The notes under the pieces are model-generated. The model was not told the DNA's origin. It did not search any database and saw nothing but the letters and a program-made list of their open reading frames with translations. This document shows positions 40,898 to 51,400 of a stretch of DNA of 55,094 bases, in pieces. Source of the DNA: Clostridia bacterium (GTDB lineage Bacteria > Bacillota > Clostridia > Oscillospirales > CAG-272); contig JAGASP010000033.1 of assembly GCA_017621695.1 (NCBI GenBank), positions 1 through 55,094 on the forward strand, read 5' to 3'. A program made the translations under genes and the position numbers. Position 1 is the stretch's first letter. Each line of letters opens with the position of its first letter.

Positions 40898-40954
40898 GGT
40901 GAAAAACCTTTCTTTTGTATTTGGTCTGACAGGGAAGGCAGGAGAAACGGGGGA

Positions 40955-42037
40955 TCATTCTTCGTCCTCGTCGAGTCCGAGCGCGGAGGCTTCGGCGCGC
41001 TTCTGGCCTGCCTGGGTGTAAAGATCCGAGGCGACCTGCGACTCAATGGCAGAGCGAGCGCGGGTCTTTTGGCGGCGGGTGTAACGGGAGGGACCGTCAT
41101 CCGCATCCGACTTGTTGACGACGGTGATGAAGATGTCCTCCAGAGAAAGACCCAACGCCTCGAGGCCAATGAGTGCCCAGCCCTCATTTGACAGCGTAAA
41201 GAAGAGTTTCTTGCGGATATCCACACCGGGGTTGCTTTCGATCATGTAGGTGATGGCATCGCCGTCTCTTTCGGCCAGAGCTTCGCAGTAGGCGACACCG
41301 GGAAGATTTCGCAGGGTGGAGAGCACCTGTGCCTGAGGGCCGCAGATCTTGGCGTTGAAGCGACGATTGTTTTCAATGACACGGGTGATGTTCTCGGTCT
41401 TCTCGTCAGCTACGATGCGTCCCTTGTTGATGATGACGATACGGTCGCAGACGGCCTGCACCTCCTGCAGAATGTGGGTGGAGAGAATGACGGTGTGATC
41501 CTTACCGAGCGAGCGGATGAGGTTGCGGATCTCAATGATCTGCTTGGGGTCAAGACCTACGGTTGGCTCATCGAAGATGATGACTCGGGGATTGCCCACC
41601 AAAGCGCCCGCAATACCCACACGCTGGCGGTAGCCCTTGGAGAGATTCTTGATGACGCGGCGGCGCACGTCCCCGATGTGCACAACGTCACAGACCTCTC
41701 GGATATGCTCGGCGCGGCTGAGCTTGCAGTTTTTGAGGTCGTAGTTGAAATTCAGGTATTCGTCCACGGTCATATCCAGATACAGCGGAGGCTGCTCAGG
41801 CAGATAACCGATCTGCTTTTTTGCGCCCAAGGGGTCGTTCAGCACGTCAATGCCTGCCACGCTGACACGGCCGGCGGTTGAGGACAGATAGCCTGTGAGA
41901 ATATTCATGGTCGTGGATTTGCCGGCACCGTTCGGGCCGAGAAAGCCGACGATCTCTCCATCGGAAATTTCCAGGCTGATGTCGTCCACCGCACAGTTGG
42001 TGCCGTAGTTTTTAACGAGATGCTCAATCTTAATCAT
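40955..42037 (-). CDS. ABC transporter ATP-binding protein (GldA-like)
   Basis: GPNGAGKST, LSKGYRQRVG, DEPTVGLDP and STHIL motifs; start moved to MIKIEHL. Confidence 0.92.
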   Translation of the reverse strand: MIKIEHLVKNYGTNCAVDDISLEISDGEIVGFLGPNGAGKSTTMNILTGYLSSTAGRVSVAGIDVLNDPLGAKKQIGYLPEQPPLYLDMTVDEYLNFNYDLKNCKLSRAEHIREVCDVVHIGDVRRRVIKNLSKGYRQRVGIAGALVGNPRVIIFDEPTVGLDPKQIIEIRNLIRSLGKDHTVILSTHILQEVQAVCDRIVIINKGRIVADEKTENITRVIENNRRFNAKICGPQAQVLSTLRNLPGVAYCEALAERDGDAITYMIESNPGVDIRKKLFFTLSNEGWALIGLEALGLSLEDIFITVVNKSDADDGPSRYTRRQKTRARSAIESQVASDLYTQAGQKRAEASALGLDEDEE

Positions 42038-42255
42038 AGGAAAAAATCCTTTCTCCGCGTGGGATGCTCCCCGCGTATTATTCGCGTCTGCCCGTTTTCT
42101 TTGTGCAGACAATACTACATCTTACATTATAACATAATTTTGTATCTAATTTATGAACAGTCAATGCGTATGGGTAAATTCATCGTGATTTTTCGGTGAA
42201 AAAATATGAAAATTCAGGCAGTTGCGGTTATTTTTTAAAAATTTTTTCGTTTCCA

Positions 42256-42284
42256 TTGACAAAGCCTCAAAAATGTTGTAAAAT
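42256..42284 (+). promoter_or_regulatory. sigma-A promoter of the yicC operon
   Basis: TTGACA-17-TAAAAT. Confidence 0.75.
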
Positions 42285-42351
42285 AATATTATCTATGGAA
42301 ATAACCTGCGCTTGGATTGCCGCAAGATGCAGATAAAGGAGACCGAGTATC

Positions 42352-43248
42352 GTGAGAAGTATGACAGCCTTCGGGCGTGCGGTGGGCATCACCGAAACCA
42401 AAGAGATCACCGTGGAAATGAAATCGGTCAACAACCGCTATCTGGACTGGAGCATCCGCTTGCCTCGCAACTATGCGGGACTGGAGGAGCGTGTCAAGAC
42501 CACCCTGTCCGCCGCGGGAATCAGCCGCGGTAAGGTGGATGTCACGGTCACGCTGGCCGACGTGCAGACGGGGGATCGCGCGGGTGTGATTCTGGAGCCT
42601 GACATGGAGGTCGCGCGCCGCTACCTGTTGGCTGCGCAGAAAATGGAAGCCGAGCTGGGGATCCCCAACGACTTGGCAGCCTCCCGTCTTTTGACCCTGC
42701 CGGGTGTTATGGTGCCCGTCAAGGAGGAGGCCTTGGACGACGATGCCGTCTGGGCCATGATTTTACCCGTTCTGATCGAAGCTGCTACGCAGTTTATTGC
42801 CGCAAGAGAGCGCGAGGGCGAGCGGCTTTCCTACGACCTCTTGCAAAAGCTCGGCGGTATCCGAGAGATGACCGCGACGCTGGCGGCAGCGACCGAGGCG
42901 AATATTTCGGGCTACAGAGCCCGCTTTGAGGAGCGTCTGAAGAACGTTATGGACGATCACGGGCTCATCCTCGACGAAGGCCGCGTCATAACCGAGTGCG
43001 CGATTTATGCCGATCGTGTTGCCATTGACGAGGAATTGGTGCGTCTCGGCTCGCATTTCGATGCGTTGGAGGCGCTGTTTGCATCCAAGGAATCCGTTGG
43101 CCGCCGCATTGATTTTATGCTCCAGGAAACCAACCGTGAGGTCAACACCATTGGCTCCAAATGCTCGGATGCCGATATGGCGCGCACGGTAGCGGAGATC
43201 AAGAGCGAGCTGGAAAAGATTCGCGAGCAGATTCAAAACATTGAGTAA
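42352..43248 (+). CDS. yicC: YicC/YloC family endoribonuclease
   Basis: RSMTAFGR, SVNNRYLD, EELVRL.SH, QETNREVNTIGSK and REQIQNIE motifs. Confidence 0.95.
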   Translation: MRSMTAFGRAVGITETKEITVEMKSVNNRYLDWSIRLPRNYAGLEERVKTTLSAAGISRGKVDVTVTLADVQTGDRAGVILEPDMEVARRYLLAAQKMEAELGIPNDLAASRLLTLPGVMVPVKEEALDDDAVWAMILPVLIEAATQFIAAREREGERLSYDLLQKLGGIREMTATLAAATEANISGYRARFEERLKNVMDDHGLILDEGRVITECAIYADRVAIDEELVRLGSHFDALEALFASKESVGRRIDFMLQETNREVNTIGSKCSDADMARTVAEIKSELEKIREQIQNIE

Positions 43249-43400
43249 CCGCGTGAAAGTAAAGCGATCCCACTCCGAAGTAAACTGTTTCACGCATAAT
43301 TCACCCTAAACATGGGACCCGACCCATGTTTGTCGCCGGCGACACGGGCGAATTGCAAGGTGTATCATTATGCCGCTGACAGCGGCGGAAGGAGAAACAT

Positions 43401-43685
43401 ATGAAATTCATCAACATCGGATACGGAAACATGGTCGCCGTGGAACGTGTGGTGACGTTGGTCAGCCCTGATTCCGCGCCTGTTAAGCGTTTGATTCAGG
43501 ATGCCAAGGATGACGGCAGAATCATTGACGTTACCTGCGGCAGAAAGACCCGTGCGGTGGTCATTACCGACTCAGAGCACGTGATTCTCTCTGCACTGCA
43601 GACCGAAACCATTGCCAACCGCCTCAACAACAGCGATTCTGACACCGTGGATACGGATGCTGAGGAAGAAGAAGCCGCAGAATAA
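43401..43685 (+). CDS. remA: RemA/DUF370 family regulator
   Basis: [16 protein letters not shown] and [18 protein letters not shown] motifs. Confidence 0.93.
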   Translation: MKFINIGYGNMVAVERVVTLVSPDSAPVKRLIQDAKDDGRIIDVTCGRKTRAVVITDSEHVILSALQTETIANRLNNSDSDTVDTDAEEEEAAE

Positions 43686-43736
43686 GAGCGGTACCCCATT
43701 TTGTAAAATTATCTGTCTATATAAGGAGAAGCAATT

Positions 43737-44174
43737 ATGATCTACCCCACCATCAACGACCTGAGCAAGGGCGAGTACAACCGCTATGAGATCGCGCTGG
43801 CGACCGCAAAGTGCGCCCGCATGATCACCAACGAGTATGCGCATCAGCGCGAGGAGGCCGAGAGTGCCGCCGCCGCCAAGGAGACCGACAAGCCCGTCAA
43901 CGCCCTCATCGACAAGGAAGTGCGTGACGAAAAGGCGGTCAAGATCGCCATCAGCCGCATTTATGCAGGCAAGTATCACATCGTACACAAGGATCCCGCC
44001 GAGCAGGAGAAGGCAGAGCTGGAGATCCTCGAGGGCTTGCGCCGCAAGTACGACGAAATGTACGAGTATCCCAGCATGAGCTTTATGAAGGACGCTGACG
44101 AGGATGCCGCAGAGGACGAAGACCTCGATGCCGATATCGACGAAAGCGCGGATGAAGATTCCGAGGAAATCTGA
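43737..44174 (+). CDS. rpoZ: RNA polymerase omega subunit with acidic C-terminal extension
   Basis: MIYPTINDL, NRYEIALATAK.AR and KAVKIAI motifs; position between remA and priA. Confidence 0.8.
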   Translation: MIYPTINDLSKGEYNRYEIALATAKCARMITNEYAHQREEAESAAAAKETDKPVNALIDKEVRDEKAVKIAISRIYAGKYHIVHKDPAEQEKAELEILEGLRRKYDEMYEYPSMSFMKDADEDAAEDEDLDADIDESADEDSEEI

Positions 44175-44182
44175 TGAGCCAA

Positions 44183-44208
44183 GCTGTGCCCTTTTTTCGG
44201 GGCACAGC
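44183..44208 (+). terminator. Hairpin after rpoZ
   Basis: GCTGTGCCC-loop-GGGCACAGC followed by ATTTC. Confidence 0.5.
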
Positions 44209-44236
44209 ATTTCTATATCCGAAAAGAGGTGACTCT

Positions 44237-46822
44237 GTGAAGCTTTCTCCCGAATTTACGAGTGATCTTTCGTCGCCGTCGGTCTATGCCACGGCAGACG
44301 TATACATATTGGACAATCCTTTTTCCATTGACCGTTCCTATGCCTATTATATCCCTGCGGACATGACCGATGAGGTGACGGAGGGCGCTTTTGTCACGGT
44401 TCCCTTCGGCAGAAGCAACCGCAAGCAGCTTGGGCTTGTGGTCGCCGTGCACGCACCTTTGGCGGCAGGTACTCCTGAGGAGCTGGCCGCCGCTGCGGGT
44501 TTCTTACATGAAACCAAGCCCATTGCAGCTGTATGTACCGAGCGGCTTACCCTCTCCGACGAACAACTGGCTCTCTGCCGCTATCTGAAGGAGCAGACCC
44601 TTTGCACCATGGGCGAGGCCGTGCGAACCGTGGTTCCCGCAGGCGCGATGGTCAAGCTGACCGAGATGTATATATCCCTTGTTGACACCCCGGAGGCGTT
44701 ACCGCAAAGCCTGAAGGAAGAAGAACGGGCGGTGATGGAGGCGCTGATCCTCAGCAAAAAGCTACCCTTTCGCTCCCTCAGACACCGCTTTGGCACGACT
44801 GTGCGGGAGCCTCTTTCGAGGCTTTTGATGCAGGGACTGATCAAGAAGGAGATGCTGCTCAAGCAGCCTGCTCCTCCCTCGGAAAAGCAGTATATTCTGG
44901 CGATTTCGAGAGAGGATGCGCAAAAGCTTTTGGACAACACGCCTTCGGTCAAGCCCAAGCTGCAATCCGAGAAGCAAAAGGCGGTTTTGCGCGCCCTGCT
45001 GGCTTCTGATCAGCCCATGTCCCAGCGGGAGCTGTGCGAGGCATCCGGCGCGGGGAAAACCCAGTTTGACGCATTGGTGTCCAAGGAAATTCTGCGGGAG
45101 CAGACCGTGGTGTCCCTGCCGTTCTCTTTGGGGATCCCCACCGATATCCAACCCACGGTGCGCACGCCGCACAATCTCAACGAGGAACAGGCCAAGGCGT
45201 TTGAAACGCTTTGCGCGTTGGCAGACACCGAAGAGCCCAAGGCTGCCCTGTTGCACGGTGTGACGGGAAGCGGAAAGACCTGCGTGATGCTGGAAATGAT
45301 CGACCGTATGCTGGACAAGGGCAAGGGCGTCATCGTCCTGTTGCCCGAGATCTCCCTGACACCGCAGATGCTCTCCATCTTCCACGCACGGTACGGCACG
45401 CAAGTGGCTGTGATCCACTCAGGACTTTCCAACGGTGAGCGGCAAGCATCCTATCTGCGCATTCTGAGCGGCGACGCGCGTGTCGCGATCGGCACACGTT
45501 CCGCCGTGTTTGCCCCTGTCCAAAACCTCGGCATGATCATCATGGACGAGGAGCAGGAGCACACCTATAAATCCGATATGAACCCCAAATATCACGCCCG
45601 CGATATTGCGCGTTATCGCTGTGCCGTGAGCTCTGCCCTGCTTTTGCTGGCATCGGCTACTCCTTCGCTGGAGAGCTATTACAAGGCAAAAGAAGGAAAA
45701 TATACCCTCATCACCATGAAACAACGCTACGGCAAGGGCGGTCTTCCGCGTGTGGAGATCGTGGATATGCGCGGCGAGGCCATGCTGGGCAATTCCACCC
45801 CGCTCAGTCAGCGCCTCTCCGAAATGCTCACCGAAACCCACGCTGCAGGAAATCAATCGGTGCTGTTTTTGAATCGACGGGGCTACAGCACGCGACTTGT
45901 GTGCCGCAGCTGTGGCAAGGCCGTGACCTGCCCCCATTGTTCCGTGGCCATGAATTATCATATCCGAGGCAATGACTACAGCGACGGAGAGCTTGTGTGC
46001 CATTGGTGCGGCACGCGCCGCCGCTCGGTATCGGTCTGTCCCGATTGCGGCTCCCCCCACCTGACCCGTATGGGTTACGGTACGCAACGGCTGGAGCAGG
46101 AGCTTTCTTCTCTTCTGCCGAAAGCCAAGGTGATGCGCATGGATGCCGACACAACCACCTCCAAAACCGCCTATCATGATCTTCTGGGGAGCTTTCGCAA
46201 CCGGGAAGCGGATATTCTGATGGGTACGCAAATGGTCACCAAGGGGCATGATTTCCCTGATGTTACGCTGGTGGGCGTTCTGCTTGCCGATGCCTCCCTG
46301 TATCTGGATGATTATCGCGCGTCCGAGCGCACCTTCTCCATGCTGACCCAGGTCATTGGGCGCGCAGGACGCGGAGACCGTCCGGGTCTTGCCGTTATCC
46401 AGACCATGAATCCCGATCACGAGGTCATCCGCGGTGCTTGCCGTCAGGAATATGAGGCGTTTTATGAGCAGGAGATCCAATTGAGGCGCCTGTTGGTCTT
46501 CCCTCCCTTCTGCGACATCGTCCTCTTGACTCTGACGTCTCCCGACGAAAAGGAACTGCAGAAAGCCTCGCTCCGTCTCGCTGAGGAGCTGACTTCCATG
46601 ACGACGGGGGATTACAGCGACGTTCCCGTGGTATCCTTCGGCCCCTTTGAAGCGCCCGTCTACCGCGTGGAAAATATATATCGTATGAGAATGGTGGTCA
46701 AGTGCCGTCTCAATAAGCGTTCGCGAGGGATGTTTGCAGAGCTGCTCGGAAAATTTTCCTCGGCGCGCAAAAACCGCGAGCAACCTATGCTGAGTGTGGA
46801 TTTCAATCCCTCCGGCATCTGA
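44237..46822 (+). CDS. priA: Primosomal protein N' (replication restart helicase)
   Basis: HGVTGSGKT, DEEQE, SATPS, four CxxC and GTQMVTKGHDFP motifs; GTG start after GAGGT. Confidence 0.96.
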   Translation: MKLSPEFTSDLSSPSVYATADVYILDNPFSIDRSYAYYIPADMTDEVTEGAFVTVPFGRSNRKQLGLVVAVHAPLAAGTPEELAAAAGFLHETKPIAAVCTERLTLSDEQLALCRYLKEQTLCTMGEAVRTVVPAGAMVKLTEMYISLVDTPEALPQSLKEEERAVMEALILSKKLPFRSLRHRFGTTVREPLSRLLMQGLIKKEMLLKQPAPPSEKQYILAISREDAQKLLDNTPSVKPKLQSEKQKAVLRALLASDQPMSQRELCEASGAGKTQFDALVSKEILREQTVVSLPFSLGIPTDIQPTVRTPHNLNEEQAKAFETLCALADTEEPKAALLHGVTGSGKTCVMLEMIDRMLDKGKGVIVLLPEISLTPQMLSIFHARYGTQVAVIHSGLSNGERQASYLRILSGDARVAIGTRSAVFAPVQNLGMIIMDEEQEHTYKSDMNPKYHARDIARYRCAVSSALLLLASATPSLESYYKAKEGKYTLITMKQRYGKGGLPRVEIVDMRGEAMLGNSTPLSQRLSEMLTETHAAGNQSVLFLNRRGYSTRLVCRSCGKAVTCPHCSVAMNYHIRGNDYSDGELVCHWCGTRRRSVSVCPDCGSPHLTRMGYGTQRLEQELSSLLPKAKVMRMDADTTTSKTAYHDLLGSFRNREADILMGTQMVTKGHDFPDVTLVGVLLADASLYLDDYRASERTFSMLTQVIGRAGRGDRPGLAVIQTMNPDHEVIRGACRQEYEAFYEQEIQLRRLLVFPPFCDIVLLTLTSPDEKELQKASLRLAEELTSMTTGDYSDVPVVSFGPFEAPVYRVENIYRMRMVVKCRLNKRSRGMFAELLGKFSSARKNREQPMLSVDFNPSGI

Positions 46823-46839
46823 ACCAACGGAGGTAAAAC

Positions 46840-48255
46840 ATGAACGTGTGTGAAAAAAAGTCCTTTATGGACAAGGATTTTCTTCTGTCAACCGAAACCT
46901 CGCGCATTCTGTATCACGAGTACGCCGCGTCTATGCCCATCGTGGATTATCATTGCCACGTCAGCCCCAAGGAGATCTGGGAGGACGTGCGCTTTGAAAA
47001 TCTGACGCAGCTTTGGCTGGCAGGCGATCACTATAAGTGGCGTCTCATGCGGTGGCAGGGTATCGACGAGTACTATATCACGGGAAATGCGCCCGACGAG
47101 GAAAAATTCCAAAAGTTCGCCGAGGCTTTGCCCCGCGCCATTGGCAATCCTATGTATCATTGGTGCCATCTGGAGCTGCAGCGCTATTTCGGCATCCACG
47201 AGACGCTGAACGGCAAGACCGCTCCCGATATTTTCCAAAAGACCAAGGAGATTTTGGCTGAGGGAGAGCTTTCGGTGCGCAGTATCATAAAAAAGAGCGG
47301 TGTTTCCTTCATCGGCACGACAGATGACCCGACCGACACACTGGAATACCACGAAAAGCTCGCTCCGGACGACAGCTTTTCTGTCACCGTCGCGCCTACC
47401 TTCCGTCCCGACAAGGCCATTCATATCCACAAGGCGGGATTCCGTGAGTACATCCAAAAGCTGTCGGAGGTTGTGGGATATGAGATTGCCGACGTGGAGA
47501 CCCTGACCCGAGCACTGCGTGATCGCATGGCGTATTTTGCGGAGCGCGGTTGCCGCGCGGCGGATCTCGGTATGGATTACATGGTCTGCCGTCCCGTTTC
47601 GGCGGATGCCGCCAACGCCGTTTTCCAAAAGGTGATGAACGGACGCGCACCGTCCCCCGAGGAAGCCGAGGGATATATGACCTATCTCCTGCTGTTCTGC
47701 GGTGCGTCTTTTGCGGAGTACGGCTGGGTCATGCAGATCCATTGTAACTGCCTGAGAAATCCCAACACCAAACGCTTTGCGGCCTTGGGCCCCGACAGCG
47801 GATTTGACTGTGTCGGCCCCGATCGCGGTGGCGACGCTATGGCGAAATTCCTCGATTGGCTGGACAGCCGTGATCTTCTCCCCAAAACCATCCTTTACAG
47901 TCTCCGCGAATCCGACAACACCTATCTTGCGGTATTGGCGGGCGCGTTCCAGAGCGCGGGGGTTCCCGGAAAGGTACAGTTGGGTAGCGCATGGTGGTTC
48001 AACGACCATCTTCCCGGCATGAAAAAGCAACTCATGGATCTTGCAAGCGTGGGTATCCTTGGCAATTTTGTGGGGATGCTGACGGATTCCCGCAGCTTCC
48101 TCAGCTATACGCGGCATGAATATTTTCGCCGCATTCTCTGCGATTTGATCGGCGCGTGGGTGGAAAACGGCGAGTATCCCTGTGATATGGAGACCTTGGG
48201 AGATCTCGTTCGTGATATTTCCTATCGCAACGCGGAGGCGTATTTCGGGCTTTGA
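46840..48255 (+). CDS. uxaC: Glucuronate (uronate) isomerase
   Basis: DYHCH, GDHYKWRLMR, TTDDP, AWWFND and GMLTDSRSFLSY.RHEYFRR motifs. Confidence 0.96.
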   Translation: MNVCEKKSFMDKDFLLSTETSRILYHEYAASMPIVDYHCHVSPKEIWEDVRFENLTQLWLAGDHYKWRLMRWQGIDEYYITGNAPDEEKFQKFAEALPRAIGNPMYHWCHLELQRYFGIHETLNGKTAPDIFQKTKEILAEGELSVRSIIKKSGVSFIGTTDDPTDTLEYHEKLAPDDSFSVTVAPTFRPDKAIHIHKAGFREYIQKLSEVVGYEIADVETLTRALRDRMAYFAERGCRAADLGMDYMVCRPVSADAANAVFQKVMNGRAPSPEEAEGYMTYLLLFCGASFAEYGWVMQIHCNCLRNPNTKRFAALGPDSGFDCVGPDRGGDAMAKFLDWLDSRDLLPKTILYSLRESDNTYLAVLAGAFQSAGVPGKVQLGSAWWFNDHLPGMKKQLMDLASVGILGNFVGMLTDSRSFLSYTRHEYFRRILCDLIGAWVENGEYPCDMETLGDLVRDISYRNAEAYFGL

Positions 48256-48342
48256 CAGATTGCATCCCGATCATGGCTGTCGCTCGGTCGCAAATACCCG
48301 CTTTTGCGGGCTGACCGCAGGATTGCCTGCATAAATAAAGAT

Positions 48343-48378
48343 ACCGCACAGCGATCTTTGGATCGCTGTGCGGTTTTT
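48343..48378. terminator. Terminator between convergent genes
   Basis: ACCGCACAGCGATC-tttg-GATCGCTGTGCGGTTTTT. Confidence 0.85.
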
Positions 48379-48417
48379 GCTATATATCTCCCTTGCGGAG
48401 ACGCTTTTTGGGGTGTA

Positions 48418-51400
48418 TCAGTCCTCTTTTTTGCGGAGGGCGAACCATGCGAGGGGCAGAAGAGAGAGGGCCGTCAGCGCGACGAGAGATGCGCAACCGG
48501 CATCCTCTACGGGTGATGTTTCGTTGTCCACGGGGGTCGTTGCGGTCTCTTGGGCGGTTGCTTCCTCCGATCCCGCGGGTTCGGTGACGGAGTCGCTCTC
48601 ACCGTCGATAGACTGTTCGGGCTCGCTTGACGTATCCTCAGGCTCGGTCACGGATTCGCTCTCGCCCTCGGTGGGCTGCTCGGGATCTTCGGGATCGACA
48701 ATGGTATCGGGATCCTCAGGATCCTCGGGGAATGCGGGCGGCAGCTCCTTGCCGACCAGCGCGAGCAGCTTTTTCGCATAGTCTCTGGCCTGTGTCTGGG
48801 TCAGAAGGGGATTTTCCAGAGCGGACATCACGTCCTTGAGCTCCTTGGCGTTCTCGTCGCCACCCTCAGCCTTGAAGGTGTCGATGGCATCCTGCAGGAC
48901 GGTTTTGTCACATACGGGCTTGCCGTAAGCCTCGATCTCGCCGAGCTGAAGGAGGAAGCCGTCGTTACCGCCGCCGCGGAGCTTGGTGCCCGTGACACGG
49001 ACAAAACGTGCGTTGACGGGAGAATCCAAAACGATTTCGAGCTTGTGACCCGAATTATAGTCCTGAGAGCCCGTGACCTCATGGACAACGGTCCAGGCGA
49101 GGCCGTCCTCGGACAGCGCAACGCTATAGTCCTCGGGGAAAGCGCCGTTATCTTCCAAAACAATCTTTTCCACGGCAAAGAGATCTCCGAAATTGATACC
49201 GACGTATTCGGTAGCTGTAGAGGTGCGGTTGAGGCCTACGTTAGAGGTCCAGCCGTTACCTGTCTTACCGTCGTTGATGTAGGAGATATCCCAGCCCCAC
49301 ACCTGATAGTGGGCGGGGGTGGTGGAGGAGAAGAAGGTCTCCTTGCCCTTGGCGATGTTTTCGCCTTCCTTGTATCCGACCACGGTTTCGTCGTCCTTGT
49401 CGAGCAGGCTGAACTTTTCGGGCGCGGGAACGGTGCCGTCGTCGTTGTAGATCTCGATCTCGTTGATGGCCATGTACTGTGCGCCCTGGGCAATTTCAAG
49501 CAGGTCGATGCGCACGTATCTGGCTTCCTGTTCGCCAATGCTGATCTTCATGCCCTTGGGGGATGTGATCTCCAGATCGGTCAGGGATTTGACCTCGACC
49601 CAAGCTTCTCCGTCGTTGGAAACCGAAATTTTTAGATCGGCGGGGAAGGCCTTGCCGTAGGCGAAGATGCCGCCTGCGGGATAGAGATCCACGCGGTTGA
49701 ACTTGAGCGTGCGGCCAAGGTCGATGTCGATGTAAGAATCTCTGCGGTTTTCGGTTCTCCAGCCGTTGCCCTTGCCCTCGGAAAGTCTTTGGCCGTCCTG
49801 CAGGCAGGAGATGTACCAGCCGTCAGAGCCCACGGAGGAGGGAGCGGTGATCATGGCATCCTCCACGAGATTGGTCGTAGCATCAGGCTGACCCTCGGAG
49901 GCTTCATAGAAATCAAAGCTTTCGGGGAGCGCGATGAACATGGCGTCGCCGGCTGCCAGCGTCAGGGAAAGCTTCTGGCCGTTCATGGTCAGCGCCTTGA
50001 GAGAACCGTCGGTGCGGCTGACCTCAGAAAGAGACTTGATGGCGCTGTCAAAGGTGAGCTCCACGTCCTGTTTGGCCCCGTAATTGTTGTTGACGACCAT
50101 GAGGTAGTTGCGGCCGGTCTCCTTGTGTCGCATCCAGGAGAGGATGACCGAGTCGTTCTTGTCGGCCTTTACGAAGAAATCTTCGGGAACGGCGGGCTGA
50201 CCGTAGGTGTCGGGGCCGTTGAAGTATACGCCCAAAGCATCGCATTTGACAAGCGTCTTGCCGATGGCCAGAATCTCGTGGTTGATGGTCTTGATGGCCT
50301 CGTAATGAGCGTTGGGTGTGCCGTCAGCCGCGATGATACCGTCACGGAAGGGCTCGGAGCGGTTGACGGGGGTAAACCATGTAAAGAAGGAGAGCTGCTT
50401 GTAGCCAAAGGCCAGGGAAGCATACATTTCATAGCGGATCTCACTGTCGGTGGGGCGACGGAAGGCAACCTCCTGACAAACGGTCTGGATGTAAAGACCC
50501 GTTTTGACGTCATTTTTCAGACCCACCTCGTAGCAGGAGCGGACGTTCTTGAAGAATCCCGCGCGATCCATAGCACCTGCCTGCAGGGGGAAAGGATAGC
50601 GGTCGAACATCAGGTAATCCAGAGGATAGCCTGCGTCGGCGGTCAGGCGGCACCAGTCATTCATCTGTGCCTGATAAATCTCCTCCGAGCCGTAAGCGGC
50701 GCTGGGGAGGAAATTGAGGTGCATATATGCGTCGGGCGCTGCCTTTTTGAGGTTGATATAAGCCTTCAGGTATGCGTTGGGATTGAGGGGCTCGTCAAGA
50801 ATGTAGAAGCCGTAAGCGCCGGGGACATTCTTATAGCGAGCAACAGCATCGGCTACCTGCTTTTCGCTCTTGTTGAGGAGAGAGCCGCCGAAATTGCCGT
50901 CGGATACCGTCATGCCGAGACCGTACTTTTCGCAGAGGGCCAGCATTTTGGCCTGATTATCCACGGTCGCAAGGGTCTCCTCGCCCGCGCCGAGCACCCA
51001 GGTAACACCTGCATCGGCGATGAGCTTGTACTGCTCGTCGGTGATGTATTCGGGGGTGGGAGGCCAGAAGATGGAGATCATGATATTATCGTCGAAGGAA
51101 TACTTCTTGTCAACTACCTTGACAGAGCAGGTCACCGATTGATTGAGCTGTGCACAGGTCATGGTGATGGTGGTCTTGCCCAGCTTCTTGGGGGTGATGG
51201 TACCGTCGGCGGCAATGGTGGCTACCGAGGTGTCCGAGCTCTTATAGGTGACAGGATATGTGTCCGTCGTGCCCTTGAAGGTGGGCTTGAGCTGATCGGT
51301 CTCTCCCACGAAAAGCTCAAGGGAGGTTCGATCCAAGGCCAGGGTGGCCTTGGCATTGCCGAAAACGGCGATCTCACCGAGCTGTGCCAATGCGCCGTCA

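Noticed and set aside
34470-42037. Gliding motility system
   Set aside because: Only the widespread GldA/F/G-like ABC components are present; no T9SS or motor genes, and the host is a Firmicute
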